Assembly (NCBI GenBank): GCA_043798915.1 | Contig: JAZDOG010000023.1 | Coordinates: forward strand, 1-27,392 | Direction of reading: 5' to 3' | DNA from: Pseudomonadota bacterium | Lineage (GTDB): Bacteria > UBA10199 > 2-02-FULL-44-16 > JAAZCA01 | Length of the DNA: 27,392 nt | Part shown: positions 26,230 to 27,392 of the stretch, one piece after another | Layout: each line of letters begins with the position of its first letter | Numbering within the stretch: position 1 is the stretch's first letter | The notes under the pieces: generated by a model | What the model saw: only the letters and a program-made list of their open reading frames with translations | What the model was told of the DNA's origin: nothing | The model's database searches: none | Program-made: the position numbers and the translations under genes

Positions 26230-26323
26230 TCCCCCTCCTTTGTAAGGAGGGGTTAGGGGAGGTAGATACCGTGTTTCCGGCAGGTCTACCCCACCCTGAC
26301 CCTCCCCTTACAAAGGGGAGGGA
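26230..26323. repeat. Double-hairpin palindromic element, copy 4
   Basis: Same arms and orientation as copy 3, with an unrelated 18-nt spacer. Lies between the convergent ssb and DUF3187-like genes. Confidence 0.92.
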
Positions 26324-26332
26324 ATTGTCAGT

Positions 26333-27391
26333 TTAGGGTTTTTTCGCTATCCAATCTCCCACGGGCTTCGAGCGGCCGAAGATGTCGAAGCGCACGCCGA
26401 CCGAAATGAACGCGGTGAAGTCCACCGAGGGCCCCCTGCTCGTCACGTCCTCTGCGAAACCCACCTGCCAGATGAAATCGCTCTTGGGGATCATATCCGG
26501 CTCCTCTCCCCTGAAGCCTATGATGAGGTCGAGCGGCACGCCGTCCCATTGCTCCATCCCGCTGTGCGCAAGGAGCGGGGTGGAACCGTTTAGCTGAACG
26601 ATCAGCGCCAATGTGGGGATGATCGACACCTCGCCGGCGATCATGTAGGCGAGCATCTCATTCTGCATGTAACTGGAGATGAGGTCGTTCCCGCCCGTGA
26701 CGAAATAGCCCACGTTGAAATAGCCATGCAGGCGCTTCCAGCTCGCATCGAGCGCACCGCCGACGCCCAAGTCAGGGCTGCCGTTTCCAAACCCCCTGCT
26801 CTTCCTGCCAGTCGGAAATTTGAGATCGGCAAAGACCGAGATCGCCGGCCAGTTGTCGTCCTCGCCGGTGATCTGATGCTTCGCGGAGATCACGATGTCG
26901 CCCAGCCCGAATGTCGCCGGCGGAAAATTCATCAGGTTCGCGCCCCCCGCTGCGAAGCGGTACGAGAAGCGGTCGCCGGGATAGAGATCGCGCCCGGCGT
27001 TCGGAAAGCCGAATGCCTTGTGAAACTTCTGGATGAAGGAACCCAGGAAGCCGCCGCTGAAATGCAGGAGGGGGACCTCGAGGCCAATCTCGAAATCGTC
27101 GGTCAGACCGTAGTCGATGTGGGGCGCGAGCCTCCATATCTCCATCTGCATGTCGAGGACGTTCCCGGATTTTGCGTCCTCGTCGAAGACGCTCGAATAG
27201 GCCGAATCGATTCGCGCCTCCATGACGCCTTCGGGAAGCGTCGTCGCGCGCATGGGTGTGAGCGAGAGGGTCTGCAGATAGACGGGATTCTGATTCCTGG
27301 TCGTGAATGGGCCGAAGCCTTCGTACTCCATGGCGTCGGCAGCGCCGGCCCAGAGGATAAGAGCGAGACAGAGCAGGATGCGTATCCGCAC
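26333..27391 (-). CDS. DUF3187-like outer-membrane beta-barrel protein (start may lie at or beyond the window edge)
   Basis: Signal peptide ending ADA-M, GPFTTRNQNP, HFSGGFLGSFIQKFHKAFGFPN, GLGDI, LKFPTG....GFGNGSPD, terminal strand FTAFISVGVRF. Confidence 0.75.
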   Translation of the reverse strand: MRIRILLCLALILWAGAADAMEYEGFGPFTTRNQNPVYLQTLSLTPMRATTLPEGVMEARIDSAYSSVFDEDAKSGNVLDMQMEIWRLAPHIDYGLTDDFEIGLEVPLLHFSGGFLGSFIQKFHKAFGFPNAGRDLYPGDRFSYRFAAGGANLMNFPPATFGLGDIVISAKHQITGEDDNWPAISVFADLKFPTGRKSRGFGNGSPDLGVGGALDASWKRLHGYFNVGYFVTGGNDLISSYMQNEMLAYMIAGEVSIIPTLALIVQLNGSTPLLAHSGMEQWDGVPLDLIIGFRGEEPDMIPKSDFIWQVGFAEDVTSRGPSVDFTAFISVGVRFDIFGRSKPVGDWIAKKP

Positions 27392-27392
27392 G

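Noticed and set aside
6759..26323. CRISPR array suggested by conserved arms with fixed-length variable spacers
   Set aside because: Copies are dispersed, the arms are inverted rather than direct, spacers are only 18 nt, and no cas genes are present.

Overview
High-GC bacterial chromosomal segment. Gene content and MYXO-CTERM-like sorting tails suggest a 'deltaproteobacterial' lineage (inference). The core is a long minus-strand housekeeping cluster: rpsB-tsf-pyrH-frr-uppS-cdsA-dxr-rseP-tsaB-hutH-MarC-DUF465-psd-pssA-(Cys-rich small protein)-asd-(surface protein, OM barrel)-truA. The right part holds a TPR protein, a 1445-aa Ca-binding-repeat surface protein, an odd barrel-like protein lacking a signal peptide, a TPR lipoprotein, ssb and a DUF3187-like OM protein. 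Main points of interest: (1) two separate pairs of a MYXO-CTERM-tailed surface protein with an adjacent beta-barrel gene, one preceded by a sigma28-like promoter; (2) at least four families of short palindromic elements in the intergenic gaps, including a four-copy family with an invariant 18-nt spacer length, a relative of which sits in frame inside truA; (3) a promoter-plus-terminator structured leader before the DUF465 gene; (4) the ilv/leu genes I recall in this cluster in Geobacter-type genomes are absent here. No rRNA, tRNA, CRISPR array or transposase was recognised. All family calls come from motif recognition by eye, not database searches.
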